Counted from the stretch's first letter, positions 19,996 through 30,489 are shown. The stretch: DNA of 64,000 nucleotides from an uncultured Methylomirabilota bacterium (GCA_963705305.1 OY970067.1:5536001-5600000); one strand, 5' to 3'. The notes: a model not told the origin generated them from the letters alone. Numbers and translations: made by a program.

Positions 19996-20568
19996 TCAGG
20001 CCGGTGGGAACGCGGGGTGGGCCTTGATCCGACGAATCTGTTCGAGATGTTTGGTCTCGTGCGCGCCTTCCAGGGCCAGCCACTGGTAAAAGCCCAGCTC
20101 GCCGAGCTGAAAATGGAAGATCGTTACGTTCCCCACAACCTGTCCATCGGCACGTGCCGTGACCTCCTCCAGACGCTCCCGGCTCTGCTCCAGGCCGACG
20201 AGGAGACGCTCCAGCGGACGGTCGGGGGATGGCTGGACCGAGTCAGGCGCCTGCGCCGGGAGCTTGTAGGCGTCCAGATCGATCTGGTGTAGGGGCGCGG
20301 CCATGGACCCCGGCTCGCCGATCTGTCCCAGCCCGGCCGCCTGCTGCAAGAGGCGCGAAATGGTCCGGGTGATGCTGCGCTCCGCCAGGCACAGGTGATC
20401 CAGGACCTCTCCGATGGACCAGGCGCCGGCCGCGGACCGGAACGCCAGTTGGGCATCGCCCAGGCCTCGGACTTCCACCAGCAGAGCATCCCGGGCCGCT
20501 TGGTTGGCCTGCCAAATGTCCCGGAGGAGCGGCGATACCCACTTCCGAGCTTCGCTGTCGGCCACCAT
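19996..20568 (-). CDS. DinB family protein
   Basis: WSIGEVLDHL, HFQLG, HETKHLEQI. Confidence 0.85.
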   Translation of the reverse strand: MVADSEARKWVSPLLRDIWQANQAARDALLVEVRGLGDAQLAFRSAAGAWSIGEVLDHLCLAERSITRTISRLLQQAAGLGQIGEPGSMAAPLHQIDLDAYKLPAQAPDSVQPSPDRPLERLLVGLEQSRERLEEVTARADGQVVGNVTIFHFQLGELGFYQWLALEGAHETKHLEQIRRIKAHPAFPPA

Positions 20569-20634
20569 GGGTCATTCCCCCGCACATCCGCCCCGGGCCG
20601 GCACCGCCGGCTCGCAGGACTCAAGGGTGGAACG

Positions 20635-21423
20635 CTACCGCTTCCAGTAGCTGAGTAAGCCCCGGTCCACCAGTCCCGGCGCCAGGGCGTTCAGGATCAC
20701 CAGAAACCGCGTCGGAGGGTAGATCAGGACCTCCGGGCGGGGCCTGCGGACGCACCGCAAGATCTTGGCCGCCACCTGCTCGGGCGTATAGATGGGACCG
20801 GTCGGCTTGTACGTCATCGGAGACCGGGCGCCGGCCGTGTCGAAGAACTCGGTGGCAGTCCCCACCGGACAGATGTTGCTCACGTGTATTCCGGCCTCCT
20901 GGAGCTCTACCCGCAGCGCTTCGGAGAGGGCCGACACGGCGAACTTGGTGGCGGCATACATCCCCGCCACCGGGGTCGCCCGCTTGCCCAGGATGGAGGA
21001 GATGTTGATGATGTGGCCGGACCGCTGGCGCCGCATCAGCGGGACCACAGCCTGGATGCCGAAGACCGTCCCCAGCACGTTCACCTCGAGGAGGCGCCGC
21101 ACGTCGGCCTCGGGCATGGACTCCACCGGCCCGAAGTAGCCGACACCGGCGTTGTTCACCAGGATGTCCACCCGGCCGAAGCTCGTCTCCGCCTCTTCCA
21201 CCAGCCGGCGGACCTCCTCGGCGCGGGTCACGTCGGTGCCCCTGGCGCTTGCCTGGCCCCCTGCCTGCCGGATCTCTTCCACCAGGATTTGGAGGCGGTC
21301 CGCGCGCCGGGCTCCCAGGACGACCCGGATGCCGGCCCGGGCAAAGATCCTGGCGGTGGCGCGCCCGATGCCGCTGGATGCGCCGGTGATGACCGCCACC
21401 CTGCCCTTCGGATCCGGGGACAC
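20635..21423 (-). CDS. SDR family oxidoreductase
   Basis: TGASSGIG, NNAG, YAATKF. Confidence 0.9.
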   Translation of the reverse strand: MSPDPKGRVAVITGASSGIGRATARIFARAGIRVVLGARRADRLQILVEEIRQAGGQASARGTDVTRAEEVRRLVEEAETSFGRVDILVNNAGVGYFGPVESMPEADVRRLLEVNVLGTVFGIQAVVPLMRRQRSGHIINISSILGKRATPVAGMYAATKFAVSALSEALRVELQEAGIHVSNICPVGTATEFFDTAGARSPMTYKPTGPIYTPEQVAAKILRCVRRPRPEVLIYPPTRFLVILNALAPGLVDRGLLSYWKR

Positions 21424-21442
21424 GCCGCCCTTCCCGTGCCGG

Positions 21443-21660
21443 TCACACCAGCCGCGCCGCCGCGCGGCCCGCCTGGATCTCCACCAACGCGCCGCTGCCG
21501 CCTCGCCCCAGCGTGCAGTTCACCACCGTCGTCCGTCCGGGGACAGCCACGCCCGGGGACTCATGACAGTGGCCGCACAGCACCACCAGCGGCTGGAGCC
21601 GGTCCACCGCCTCCCGGTGTACCGGGAGCCCGATGTGCCGCCCGCCGCCGCCAGCAGCCG
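21443..21660 (-). pseudogene. C-terminal remnant of an Icc-like metallophosphoesterase
   Basis: Manual translation: GRHIGLPVHREAVDRLQPLVVLCGHCHESPGVAVPGRTTVVNCTLGRGGSGALVEIQAGRAAARLV*; N-terminal motifs missing. Confidence 0.55.
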
Positions 21661-21742
21661 GATGGGCCCTCCGTTTTTCGCCATGCCCCGACCTGTCGCC
21701 GGCGGAGATCCCCCACCGGAACTTCCCGGATGCCCCCCGTCC

Positions 21743-22948
21743 TCAGGCGCCGAACTTGGTCAATCGCTCGGCATGCGCCATGACGATCGGCATCATCTCG
21801 GCGGCCCGCAGGTGGCCAAGGCCCCCGAAGCGGCACTCCCGCTCCGCGAACCGAGGTGCGCCGTCGGGGCGGCACCACTTGGACCAAAGCAGCACTGGCA
21901 CCGGATGCCAGCTGTGGGCCCTGAACATTGCCGGCGTCGAATGGTCCCCCGTCACCACCAGGACATCGGGCTTCAGCGCCAGGAGGCGCGGGAGCGCCCG
22001 GTCCGCCTCCTCGATCACGGCCACCTTTCGATCGAAGCTCCCGTCTTCGCCGAAGCTGTCCGTTTTCTTCACGTGGATGAAGAAGAAATCGAACTGGCTG
22101 TACGCCGCTTCCAGGGCCGCGAATTCGTCGGCCACCGTATCGGCCGTCTTCACCACTTGCATCCCCACCAGCCTGGCCAAGCCCCGGTACATGGGGTAGA
22201 CGGCGATGACGGCGGCCCGCACCCCGTAGGTGTCGGTGAGCTTGGGCAGGCTGGGATGCTTGGAGAAGCCGCGCAACAGCACCATGTTGGCCGGGTGCTC
22301 GGCGGCCAGCACCGCCTTGGCCTCGCCGACGAACCGGTTGGCGACCTCGGCGGCCCGTTGGGCTTTCGGCTCCTCCGCGTGGACGGAATGCGGGGGCTTG
22401 CCGGTCTCCTGGGGATCGGTCTCCGTGAGGCCTTCCTCCAGGCCGTCTCCTCGGAACAGCACCACAAAACGATGCTCGCGCACCGGCCGGACGATCAGCT
22501 CCACGCCGGGGATGCGGATCTGCTCCAGCAGGCCGCTCAAGCGTGCGCAGGTTTCCGTCGGGATCCGGCCGGCGCGACGATCCGTGATCAGCCCCTGGCG
22601 GTCCACGCTGCAGAAATTGCCGCGCGCCGCCAGGTCGCGCTCGGTCAGGTCGAGATCGATGCCGACCGCCTCTAGGACGCCGCGGCCGATCCGGAACTCC
22701 AGTGGATCATACCCGAAAAGTCCGAGGTGCCCCGGCCCGCTGCCGGGGGTGATCCCCGGGCTCACGGGCTCCAAAAAGCCCAGGTTCCCCTGGGACGCCA
22801 GCGCGTCCAGATTGGGGGTGCTGGCCGCCTCCAGCTCTGTCTTGCCGTCGCCGGGGCGGGGAAGTCCGCCCAGGCCGTCCAGCACCAGAAGAACAATCTT
22901 GGTCTGGTTGGGGTGCGCCAGCGCCTTCAGGTCGTGGAGGGATACCAT
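21743..22948 (-). CDS. apgM: 2,3-BPG-independent phosphoglycerate mutase, ApgM type
   Basis: LDGLGG, TPNLD, PGSGPGHLGLFGYDP, DSFGEDG, TGDHSTP, HSWHPVP. Confidence 0.9.
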   Translation of the reverse strand: MVSLHDLKALAHPNQTKIVLLVLDGLGGLPRPGDGKTELEAASTPNLDALASQGNLGFLEPVSPGITPGSGPGHLGLFGYDPLEFRIGRGVLEAVGIDLDLTERDLAARGNFCSVDRQGLITDRRAGRIPTETCARLSGLLEQIRIPGVELIVRPVREHRFVVLFRGDGLEEGLTETDPQETGKPPHSVHAEEPKAQRAAEVANRFVGEAKAVLAAEHPANMVLLRGFSKHPSLPKLTDTYGVRAAVIAVYPMYRGLARLVGMQVVKTADTVADEFAALEAAYSQFDFFFIHVKKTDSFGEDGSFDRKVAVIEEADRALPRLLALKPDVLVVTGDHSTPAMFRAHSWHPVPVLLWSKWCRPDGAPRFAERECRFGGLGHLRAAEMMPIVMAHAERLTKFGA

Positions 22949-23066
22949 GGTGACTCCTTCCGTCGCATCGACACTCGATATTCTCGCGTCGATCGTCATG
23001 ATAACAGCCCTGGCCGGACACCGTCCACCCGGAGGGATTCCCCGTATGGGGAATGTCCGGCAATGC

Positions 23067-23549
23067 CTACCCGATGTCCATGGCCATGATGATGGCGGGC
23101 TCGTCCGGATCCTGGTAGTAGCCTTCGAACCGTCCGCGGATCCGGAAGCCGCTGCGATGGTAGAAGCGGCGGGCGGCCTGGTTGGACGCCCGCACCCGCA
23201 GCCACAACAGCGGCACTCCCTGCCGCCGGCAGTGACGGATGATCCACTCGATCAGGCGTCCCCCGGTCCCCTGCCGGCGACGGCGGGGATCCACGGCGAT
23301 GTTGATGATGTCCATTTCGCCGCGGAGGGCGCTCACCTCCACCCCCGCGTACCCCAGCAGGACGCTCGCCGCGGGATCCTCCGCCACCCACAGGCTCCCC
23401 CTCGTGGGAGAGGCCTGGGCGAAGGCGGCCAGGACGTCCCTGAACGTCTGCAGGGGCCAGGCCTCGACCCCGAAGCACTCGGCCTCCAGGGCGGCGACCT
23501 GCGGGAGATCGTCCAGATGCATCGGTCGGATGCGCAGGGTGGGAGACAC
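23067..23549 (-). CDS. rimI: Ribosomal-protein-alanine N-acetyltransferase
   Basis: IINIAVDP, RRQGTG, LRVRASNQAARRFY, GYYQDPDEPAIIM; start approximate. Confidence 0.8.
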   Translation of the reverse strand: MSPTLRIRPMHLDDLPQVAALEAECFGVEAWPLQTFRDVLAAFAQASPTRGSLWVAEDPAASVLLGYAGVEVSALRGEMDIINIAVDPRRRRQGTGGRLIEWIIRHCRRQGVPLLWLRVRASNQAARRFYHRSGFRIRGRFEGYYQDPDEPAIIMAMDIG

Positions 23550-23559
23550 GTCTTCGGCC

Positions 23560-24612
23560 TCAGAGGGGCCAGGCCACGCCGAATTCGGCGCCGATAGCTC
23601 GGACATCCTCCAGCACTTCCGGGCTGGCCGGAAAACCCTCGGCAAGGAAGGCCTCCCGCCGGCGCCATTCCAACTCGCCCGGCAGGTAGATCTCCTCCAC
23701 CCCCTCCGCCCGGGGACTGGCCTTGATGTCCTGGATCATCCCTTCGACCGCCTGGAAGAACTCGGCCGGAGGGCAGCAGGAGGCAATATCCAGCGCCATA
23801 ATCAGGTGGCCCAACCGCTGCGGCCGGGTCATGTCGAAGATGTCGCCCAGACCGGCGCCGAACGGGACGCCGGCCAGCAGACCGCCCAGGATCCCGATGA
23901 TCACTGCCAGCCCGGATCCCTTGTGCGCGCCGACGGGCATGAGAGACCCCCGCAGGCCCGCGTTAGGGTCGTCGGTCGGGCGGCCCCTGTCGTCCAGCGC
24001 CCAGGTGAGGGGAATCGGCTTCCCCAGACGGGAGGCCAGAATGAGGTTCCCCCGCGCCACCTGGCTGCAGGCCATGTCCAGGATGATGGGCGGCCGCCCT
24101 CCCGCCGGGACCGCCACTGCCAGAGGGTTGTTGCCCAGCTTGGGGGTCGTGCCTCCCCAGGGGGCGATCACCGGGTTGGTAATGCTCATAACGATGCCGA
24201 GCATTTGGTCGGGCAGCGCCATGGCGGCGATGTAGGCCAGAGCCCCCAGATGATTGCTGTGACGGATGGCGCACAGCCCGATCCCCGCTTCCCGTGCGAC
24301 CGCTCGGGCCCGCCGCATCCCTTCCGCCCCGACGACCTGGCCGAAACCGTTGTCCCCATCCAGCACCAGCGTGGCCCCCGTCTTCCGCAGCAGGCGAAAT
24401 TCAGGCTTGGGATTGATGAGGCCGCGCCGGAGGCGGGCAACGTAAATGGGAAATCGCACCAACCCGTGGGTGGAGACGCCGCGCAGATCCGCGTCGATCA
24501 GCGCGTCGGCCACCAGGAGGGCATCCGGCGCCGGAAGCCCCGCCCGCTCGAAGACGTGTCGGCAGAAGTCGCGCATGGCCTCGGCCGGCACCCGGATACG
24601 ATCCTCGTCCAT
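23560..24612 (-). CDS. Ldh_2 family (malate/L-lactate/ureidoglycolate dehydrogenase-like) oxidoreductase
   Basis: ADLRGVSTHG, DGDNGFGQ, SNHLGAL, GNNPLA, HKGSGL, YLPGE. Confidence 0.9.
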   Translation of the reverse strand: MDEDRIRVPAEAMRDFCRHVFERAGLPAPDALLVADALIDADLRGVSTHGLVRFPIYVARLRRGLINPKPEFRLLRKTGATLVLDGDNGFGQVVGAEGMRRARAVAREAGIGLCAIRHSNHLGALAYIAAMALPDQMLGIVMSITNPVIAPWGGTTPKLGNNPLAVAVPAGGRPPIILDMACSQVARGNLILASRLGKPIPLTWALDDRGRPTDDPNAGLRGSLMPVGAHKGSGLAVIIGILGGLLAGVPFGAGLGDIFDMTRPQRLGHLIMALDIASCCPPAEFFQAVEGMIQDIKASPRAEGVEEIYLPGELEWRRREAFLAEGFPASPEVLEDVRAIGAEFGVAWPL

Positions 24613-24641
24613 GCGGTCCCTTTCCTCCCGGCGCCCGCAGT

Positions 24642-26381
24642 TCAGCGAACGATGGGCAGGCTGAAGCGGAAGGTGGAGCCCTTGCCCGGCTCGCTCTCGA
24701 CGATGACGCGGCTGCCGTGGGCCTCGAGGATCTGCTTGACGACCGCCAGGCCGATCCCCACGCCCCCATACTGCCGCGTCGCCGAGTTGTCCACCTGGTA
24801 GAAGCGCTCGAAGATCCTTTCGTGGAGGTCCGGGGGGATGCCCGGACCCGTGTCCCGCACCGCGATCTCCACCATCCGGCCACCTTGGTCGTCCGGCAGC
24901 AGGCCGGCGCGCAACTGGACCGCGCCGCCGACCCGGTTGAACTTGATGGCGTTGTCCACCAGCTGGGCGAGGGCCATTCGGAGCTCCTGGACATCCGCCA
25001 CCACCGGCGGCAGATCGCCGGGAACCTCTATAGTGACGACGAGCTTCCGCTCGCCGATCCGGCCCTCGAAGCCCGCCATGACTTTTTCGAAGAGGGGAGC
25101 GACCGGCACCGTCTCCCGGTGGAGGGCCACCTCGCCTTGGTCCAGGCGCACGAAGGCCAGGAGGCTTTCGATCAGGCCCATGAGCCGTTTCCCCCCTTCG
25201 GCGATGGCCTGGATTCCGCGCTGGCAGGGGGGAGGCAGTTCCCCCAGGCGCCCCGAGAGCAGCATGTCCGTGTAGCCGATGATGGGCGCCAGGGGAGTGC
25301 GGAGCTCGTGCGAGACCGCGTTTAGGAAGTTGGATTTCATGCGGTCGAAGACCTTGAGGTCGGCATAGCTCTTTTGCAGCTCCTCGTACAGCCGGGCGTT
25401 TTCCAGGGCCACGGCCGCCTGGGAGGAGAGCGTGAAGAGCAGCTCCTCGTCCTCGGCGGTGAAGGTCCTCTCCTGCTTGTTCAGGACCTGGAAGACCCCC
25501 AGGATCTCCCCCTGGGGGTTCCGCATCGGCACGCACAGGATGTCCCGCGTCCGGTAGCCGGTGCTCCGGTCCACATCGGGATTGAAGCGGGGGTCCGCAT
25601 ACGCGTCCGGAATCCGCACCGCCCTGCCATTGGTGGCCACGGCGCCCGCGATGCCGCGGGTCAGCGGGATGCGGATCTCCTGCTTCTCCAGTCCTTCCGC
25701 CACCCGCGACCACAGCTCTCCCTTGGCGCGGTCCACCACGAACACCGTGCTGCGCTCCGCTTGAAGCAGGTGCGACGTCGTCTGGGAGATGACGCGCAGG
25801 AGGGCGTCCAGATCCAGCTCCGAGCTGATGGCCGCCCCCACCCGCATGAGCCGGGCCAGCCGGTCCAGATTCTTTCGCAGCCCTTCGGCCGCCTGGGCGT
25901 TGGCCAGGGCGGCGGCCACCTGCAATCCCAAAAGCCTCAGCGCCTCCTCGTCCGCCGGTACGAAGGTGCCGCGCCGCTTGTTCACGAGCTGCAGGATTCC
26001 CAGCACTTTCCCCCGCTGGTCCTGAATAGGAACCGCCAGTGCGTTCCGTGTCTTGTCGCCAGTGACGTCGTCCCCCTTAAGGACGAAGCGGGGATCGGTC
26101 GAGGCGTCGGGCAGGAGAACGGGCCGTCCGCTCGCAGCCACCAGATCGGCGAGCTCCAGCTCCCCGACGGATTGGACCCTCTGGGTCGCGAAGTTCGAGC
26201 CGGCTGGTCGCAGCACCCCGCTCGTGCTGTCCCGTAGGAACAGGGTCCCTCGATCCGCCCCCAGCAGGACACAGGCCTCTCGCGGGATCAGGCCGAGCAG
26301 GCGGTCTAGGTCCCTTTCGCTGTTCGCGGTGTAGGCGATCTCCAGGATAGCGCGCAGCGTTTCGCTCGAGATGTCCGTCAT
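24642..26381 (-). CDS. Tandem-GAF sensor histidine kinase
   Basis: Two GAF domains; SHELRTPL, LVDNAIKF, DTGPGI, GIGLA. Confidence 0.92.
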   Translation of the reverse strand: MTDISSETLRAILEIAYTANSERDLDRLLGLIPREACVLLGADRGTLFLRDSTSGVLRPAGSNFATQRVQSVGELELADLVAASGRPVLLPDASTDPRFVLKGDDVTGDKTRNALAVPIQDQRGKVLGILQLVNKRRGTFVPADEEALRLLGLQVAAALANAQAAEGLRKNLDRLARLMRVGAAISSELDLDALLRVISQTTSHLLQAERSTVFVVDRAKGELWSRVAEGLEKQEIRIPLTRGIAGAVATNGRAVRIPDAYADPRFNPDVDRSTGYRTRDILCVPMRNPQGEILGVFQVLNKQERTFTAEDEELLFTLSSQAAVALENARLYEELQKSYADLKVFDRMKSNFLNAVSHELRTPLAPIIGYTDMLLSGRLGELPPPCQRGIQAIAEGGKRLMGLIESLLAFVRLDQGEVALHRETVPVAPLFEKVMAGFEGRIGERKLVVTIEVPGDLPPVVADVQELRMALAQLVDNAIKFNRVGGAVQLRAGLLPDDQGGRMVEIAVRDTGPGIPPDLHERIFERFYQVDNSATRQYGGVGIGLAVVKQILEAHGSRVIVESEPGKGSTFRFSLPIVR

Positions 26382-26411
26382 AAGCGCTTGGATGCGTCGG
26401 CCGACGCCGGC

Positions 26412-27307
26412 CTACCGGTAGAACTCGGCCCGATCGACGCTCTCTACCTCCACGGTGAGGCGCTCGTTCCCGCGCAGGAGGCCGAGGCGCACGAGGGTTC
26501 CCGCCGGCTGCCTCCACAGCTCCCGATACAGCTCCGACCTGGTGGCGACCTCGCAAGAGTTCACCGCCAGGATCACATCCCCTTCGCGAAGCCCGGCCCG
26601 ATCCGCCGGCGCATTCGGCACCACCCCGATCACCACCACGCCCGTTGCCGCCGGCTCGGGGTACACCCCGACCCAGGCCCGCGGGGGTCGCCCAGGCATC
26701 CGTCCGAACCGCAGCAGGTCGGCTCCGCGCTCCGCGTATAGGTGGATCGGGATCGCCAGGCTCATCCGGCCCATCTGGCCCAGGCTGAGCGACGTGATGC
26801 CCATCAGCCGTCCCCGCAGGTCGAAGAGGGGTCCGCCGCCGAAGCCCGGATTGGCGGCGGAGGTCTGGATGGCGCTCTCCAGCATGTATTCCCAGTAGGC
26901 GTCGAAGGGTCCGAGGTCGGTGACGACACCGCCGCTGGCCCGGCGCTCCGTCGGCCCGGCGCTGGCCAGGATGAACGTCTCCTGGCCCCGGGACAGCCGG
27001 CGCGAATCTCCCATGACGGCGGTCCGCAAATCCGGCGAGGGGATCCGGAGGATCGCCAGCCCCGTCTCGAAATCCTGGGCCGCGACCTTCGCCTCCAGCT
27101 GCCGGCCGTCGGGAAAGGTCGCCTGCACCCGCCGGGCCCCGAGGACGATATAGTTCACCGTCAGCAGGACCCCCCCGCCACCACCACCCCCGAGCCCATC
27201 CGCTCGTCCCCCAGGATCGCCACCGAGGGATGCCCGTCCTGCACCTCGACGTGGAGGGCGGCCGTCAGGGGGACCAGGCCCCGGGCCAAACCGATGTGAG
27301 CATCCAT
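26412..27307 (-). pseudogene. HtrA/S1C-like trypsin + PDZ protein with non-canonical catalytic residues; frameshift at a G7 tract
   Basis: ATG 27307 reads MDAHIG...ERMGSGVVVAGG and shifts at the C7 run 27170-27176 (plus strand) into VLLTVNYIVLGA; ANPGFGGGPL; PDZ PADRAGLREGDVILAVN. Confidence 0.75.
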
Positions 27308-27412
27308 ATCGACAACCGATCAGGTTGACAATGCGGAAGCCGGGCCGTCCGGGCAGCCGCGACGCGGGTCCCCGGTCCCCCGACTACCGAGTCGCCGAAC
27401 TCCCAACGACCG

Positions 27413-28336
27413 TCAGTGACCCTCGTGCTCCAGAAACCGCTCGCCATCGATGGCCGCCATGCAGCCCGAACCCGCCGCCGTGATGGCCTGCCGGTAGACA
27501 TGGTCCTGAACGTCGCCCGCCGCAAATACCCCCGGGACGCTGGTCTTGGTCCCGTCGTGCGTCTTGATGTAGCCGACAGCATCCATCTCCAGGATCCCCC
27601 GGAAGATCTGGGTGTTGGGCGTGTGGCCGATGGCGATGAAGACCCCGTCCACCGGCCGCTCGGTCCTCTCGCCAGTCTTGACATTCCGGAGGCGGACGGC
27701 CGTCACCTTCTGCTGGGCGGGATCCAGGATCTCGTCGATGGTGGAGTTCCAGAGGAAGTCGAGCTTCGGATTCCGGCGGGCCTTGTCCTGCATGATCTTG
27801 GAGGCGCGCAGCTCGTCCCGCCGGTGCACGACCGTCACCTGCGTGGCGAACTTGGTCAAGAAGAGCGCTTCCTCCATGGCGGAGTCGCCGCCGCCCACGA
27901 TGATCACTTGCTGGTCCTGGAAGAAGAACCCGTCGCAGGTGGCGCAGGTGGATACCCCGTGCCCCATCAATTTCCGCTCCGACTCCAGCCCCAGCAGCTT
28001 GGCGGACGCGCCGGTGGCGATGATGAGCGCCCGGCACTGCTCCTCCTGATTGTCGATGGTCACCCGGAACGGACGGCGGTCCAGCATCACCGCGCTGGCG
28101 CCTCCCGTCCGGAACCGGGCCCCGAACCGCTCGGCCTGCCGCCGCATGGCCTTGATGAGGTCCGGCCCCATCAGCCCGTCCGGAAAGCCCGGAAAGTTTT
28201 CCACCACGGTCGTCAGGGTGAGCTGTCCGCCGGCCTCGTGGCCCTCCACCACCAGCGGCTCCAGGTGCGCCCGCGCGGCGTACAGGGCGGCCGTCAGTCC
28301 CGCCGGCCCGGATCCGAGGATGATGATTTGATGCAT
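27413..28336 (-). CDS. trxB: Thioredoxin reductase
   Basis: [44 protein letters not shown]. Confidence 0.95.
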   Translation of the reverse strand: MHQIIILGSGPAGLTAALYAARAHLEPLVVEGHEAGGQLTLTTVVENFPGFPDGLMGPDLIKAMRRQAERFGARFRTGGASAVMLDRRPFRVTIDNQEEQCRALIIATGASAKLLGLESERKLMGHGVSTCATCDGFFFQDQQVIIVGGGDSAMEEALFLTKFATQVTVVHRRDELRASKIMQDKARRNPKLDFLWNSTIDEILDPAQQKVTAVRLRNVKTGERTERPVDGVFIAIGHTPNTQIFRGILEMDAVGYIKTHDGTKTSVPGVFAAGDVQDHVYRQAITAAGSGCMAAIDGERFLEHEGH

Positions 28337-28477
28337 ACCCGAAATCCTCCTCCGCCTCCAAGTAGCCGCCGCTATTCCAGCGCGCAATCGCGGCGGCGAA
28401 ACCGCCGTCCAGCTCGTCCATGATGTTCCTGGCGTCCCGCCACGCCGGCCTCCGTGCACCAGTCCCGTTCCGGCCCG

Positions 28478-28507
28478 ACGGTACCAGACCCCGCCCTCGC
28501 CCGTCAA
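28478..28507 (-). promoter_or_regulatory. Putative sigma70 promoter for trxB
   Basis: TTGACG-18nt-TACCGT with extended -10 TG. Confidence 0.4.
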
Positions 28508-28521
28508 GGAGAGTCGCCGGA

Positions 28522-30042
28522 CCCTAATCTCCGGCTAAGCGGTGGCCAGCCGGGCGATCTTGCGCCGCGCCCGGACGAGCAAGGCGTGCTGCAGGGCGCC
28601 CGAGAGCCGCAAGAGCGTCCGTCGGGCATGCGCGACGACCTTCCCGACGGTGTTGAACAGCAGGAACCGGAGACGCTTCGGCCGGGCGGTCCGGAGATCT
28701 CCGGGTAAGGTCAACCGCTTGAGCGCGGTGAGCAGGTTGTAGGTGAGCACGTTCAGCCGGAACCAGGCGGCGTTCGCCCCGAACTTCCCACTGGGCAGCG
28801 CGGCGGCCGCCAGCTCGGTCTTGAGGACGTGATGGGTGTGCTCGATGGTCCCTGCTTTCTCCCGGTGCCACCGGAGGATCGTGAGCCCATCCTCCGGCCG
28901 ATTGGTGACCACGGCGAAGTACTGCACGCTACTCCCGTCGGCGAAGAGGCTCCCCTGGCGTCGCTGGATACGCACCGCGAGGTAGCGGCGAACGCACGGC
29001 CGCGCCTTCCGGTGATCGCCATCCTCGGGGACGTAGGGGACTTCGGCCCAGGCCCGGATCGCCTCGGGCTCCTCCCGCTCGAGCTGCCAGGCGGCCGCGG
29101 GGAGGCGCCGGATCTCGGCCTGGAGCTGCGCGGACATATCGGCGCTAATCGCGTAGGCGATTTTCTTCTCCTCGCACCAGCGGAGGACCTCCGTCTCGTA
29201 GAGGGCGCTGTCGGCCCGCAGGGAGATGCGGTCCACGCCCTGGGGCAAGTTGGCCACCGCCTGTTCGAGGACGCGCACGTTGCCGCACCCGGCGGGCACC
29301 TGGCCATCGCGGAACTGGTCGTGCACGATGACATCGTGCTCGGCCCAGAGGACCACGACGGGCTGGTAGCCCCGGGTCCCGTCGTAGGCCACGGTCGCCG
29401 CGTCCTTGTGGCTCTCGACGAGCGTCGCGTCCACATCCAGGGTGGCCGTCGCCGCCCGGGCCCCGCGCTGGACGCCCGCGACCAGCGTCCGGTTCGCCTG
29501 TCCGAGGCCCGCCAAGGGGGCGGACTCCAGGGGGACCGTGGCCGCGGGCCCGGCCACCCAGAGCGGCCCGTCCTCCACGTGGAAGGCCTCGAGGAAGTCC
29601 CGGACCGTGGTCGCGGCCGGCAGGGGGTAGCCGAGCAGCGTGGCCAGGGCCTGATCCTCCCGGAGCGTCGTGAGGTCCTGGCAGCGGTCCCCGCCGCTCG
29701 TCCACAACGCGACGAGACTCTCCACGAGCTGCGAGGGGGGTAATCCGCGCTGCCGCTGCTTGACCGCAACGTGGGTGTCGACGGCCTGGGCCACCCCGAG
29801 CTGGCGGAACAGCTCGATCACGAGCGGGACCCCGGCCCGGCCCGTGACCAGCGTGGGGTCGATCGCGTCATCGATTCTCGAACGGCAACCGGGGCGAGGT
29901 GTCGGGCATCGCTCTCCTCCTTGTGGTGTTTGCACCCACTGGGTGAAACCAAGCAAGGCCGATGCCAACCCCGCGGGCCGCGCGCACTGCGGGCCGCTGC
30001 GTGATTCGCGATCCCCCTCAACTTCTTAGCCGGAGATTAGGG
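28522..30042 (-). mobile_element. IS1380-family insertion sequence, 1521 bp
   Basis: Perfect 18-bp terminal IRs CCCTAATCTCCGGCTAAG (28522-28539 / 30025-30042); 5-bp TSD CCGGA on both sides. Confidence 0.92.
28535..29909 (-). pseudogene. IS1380-family DDE transposase with a 1-nt frameshift near the N-terminus
   Basis: TLDVDAT, LRADSA, EHTHHVLK, FGANAAW motifs. AAGGAGG RBS + ATG 29909 reads MPDTSPRLPFE, then an extra base near 29875 breaks the frame into IDDAIDP. Confidence 0.8.
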
Positions 30043-30087
30043 CCGGATCGGCGCATCGCCCCCGGAAGAACGATCGGAAAATACCGC

Positions 30088-30116
30088 TTGACACTCCCAG
30101 GGCGGCGGGCTATTCT
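30088..30116 (+). promoter_or_regulatory. sigma70 promoter of the cold-shock gene
   Basis: TTGACA-17nt-TATTCT. Confidence 0.7.
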
Positions 30117-30165
30117 CCCTCCGGTTCGGGCGTCGCATTGCCGTTGGTTGATTCCGCAGGGAAGC

Positions 30166-30206
30166 ACCGCAGGGGCAGCAGACACCGCTCCTGCGGTTTT
30201 TTGTTT
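30166..30206 (+). terminator. Terminator-like hairpin within the csp 5' leader
   Basis: ACCGCAGG...CCTGCGGT followed by TTTTTGTTT. Confidence 0.55.
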
Positions 30207-30267
30207 CTGCGGGGATCTCGCCTCATGGGGAGGCGGGACCTCATTTTACACGAAGGAGGGAGTCGCA

Positions 30268-30474
30268 GTGCGCAGCAAAGGAACGGTGAAGTGGTTCAAC
30301 GATGCAAAGGGATTCGGCTTTATCGAGCGACCGGACGGTGAGGATGTGTTCGTGCACTATTCCGCCATCCAAGCCGATGGCTTCAAGACCCTGAACGAGG
30401 GACAGGCCGTCGAGTTTGACGTCGTGAAGGGTCCCAAGGGCCTTCAGGCGGCCAACGTGACGCGGGCAGTCTGA
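30268..30474 (+). CDS. cspA: Cold-shock protein (CspA family)
   Basis: [38 protein letters not shown] start. Confidence 0.95.
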   Translation: MRSKGTVKWFNDAKGFGFIERPDGEDVFVHYSAIQADGFKTLNEGQAVEFDVVKGPKGLQAANVTRAV

Positions 30475-30489
30475 GGCGCATCGTCAACG

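Noticed and set aside
28337..28421. [27 protein letters not shown] upstream of trxB, faintly like a DUF309 N-terminus
   Set aside because: Too short to support, and it continues as an off-frame shadow ORF over trxB.
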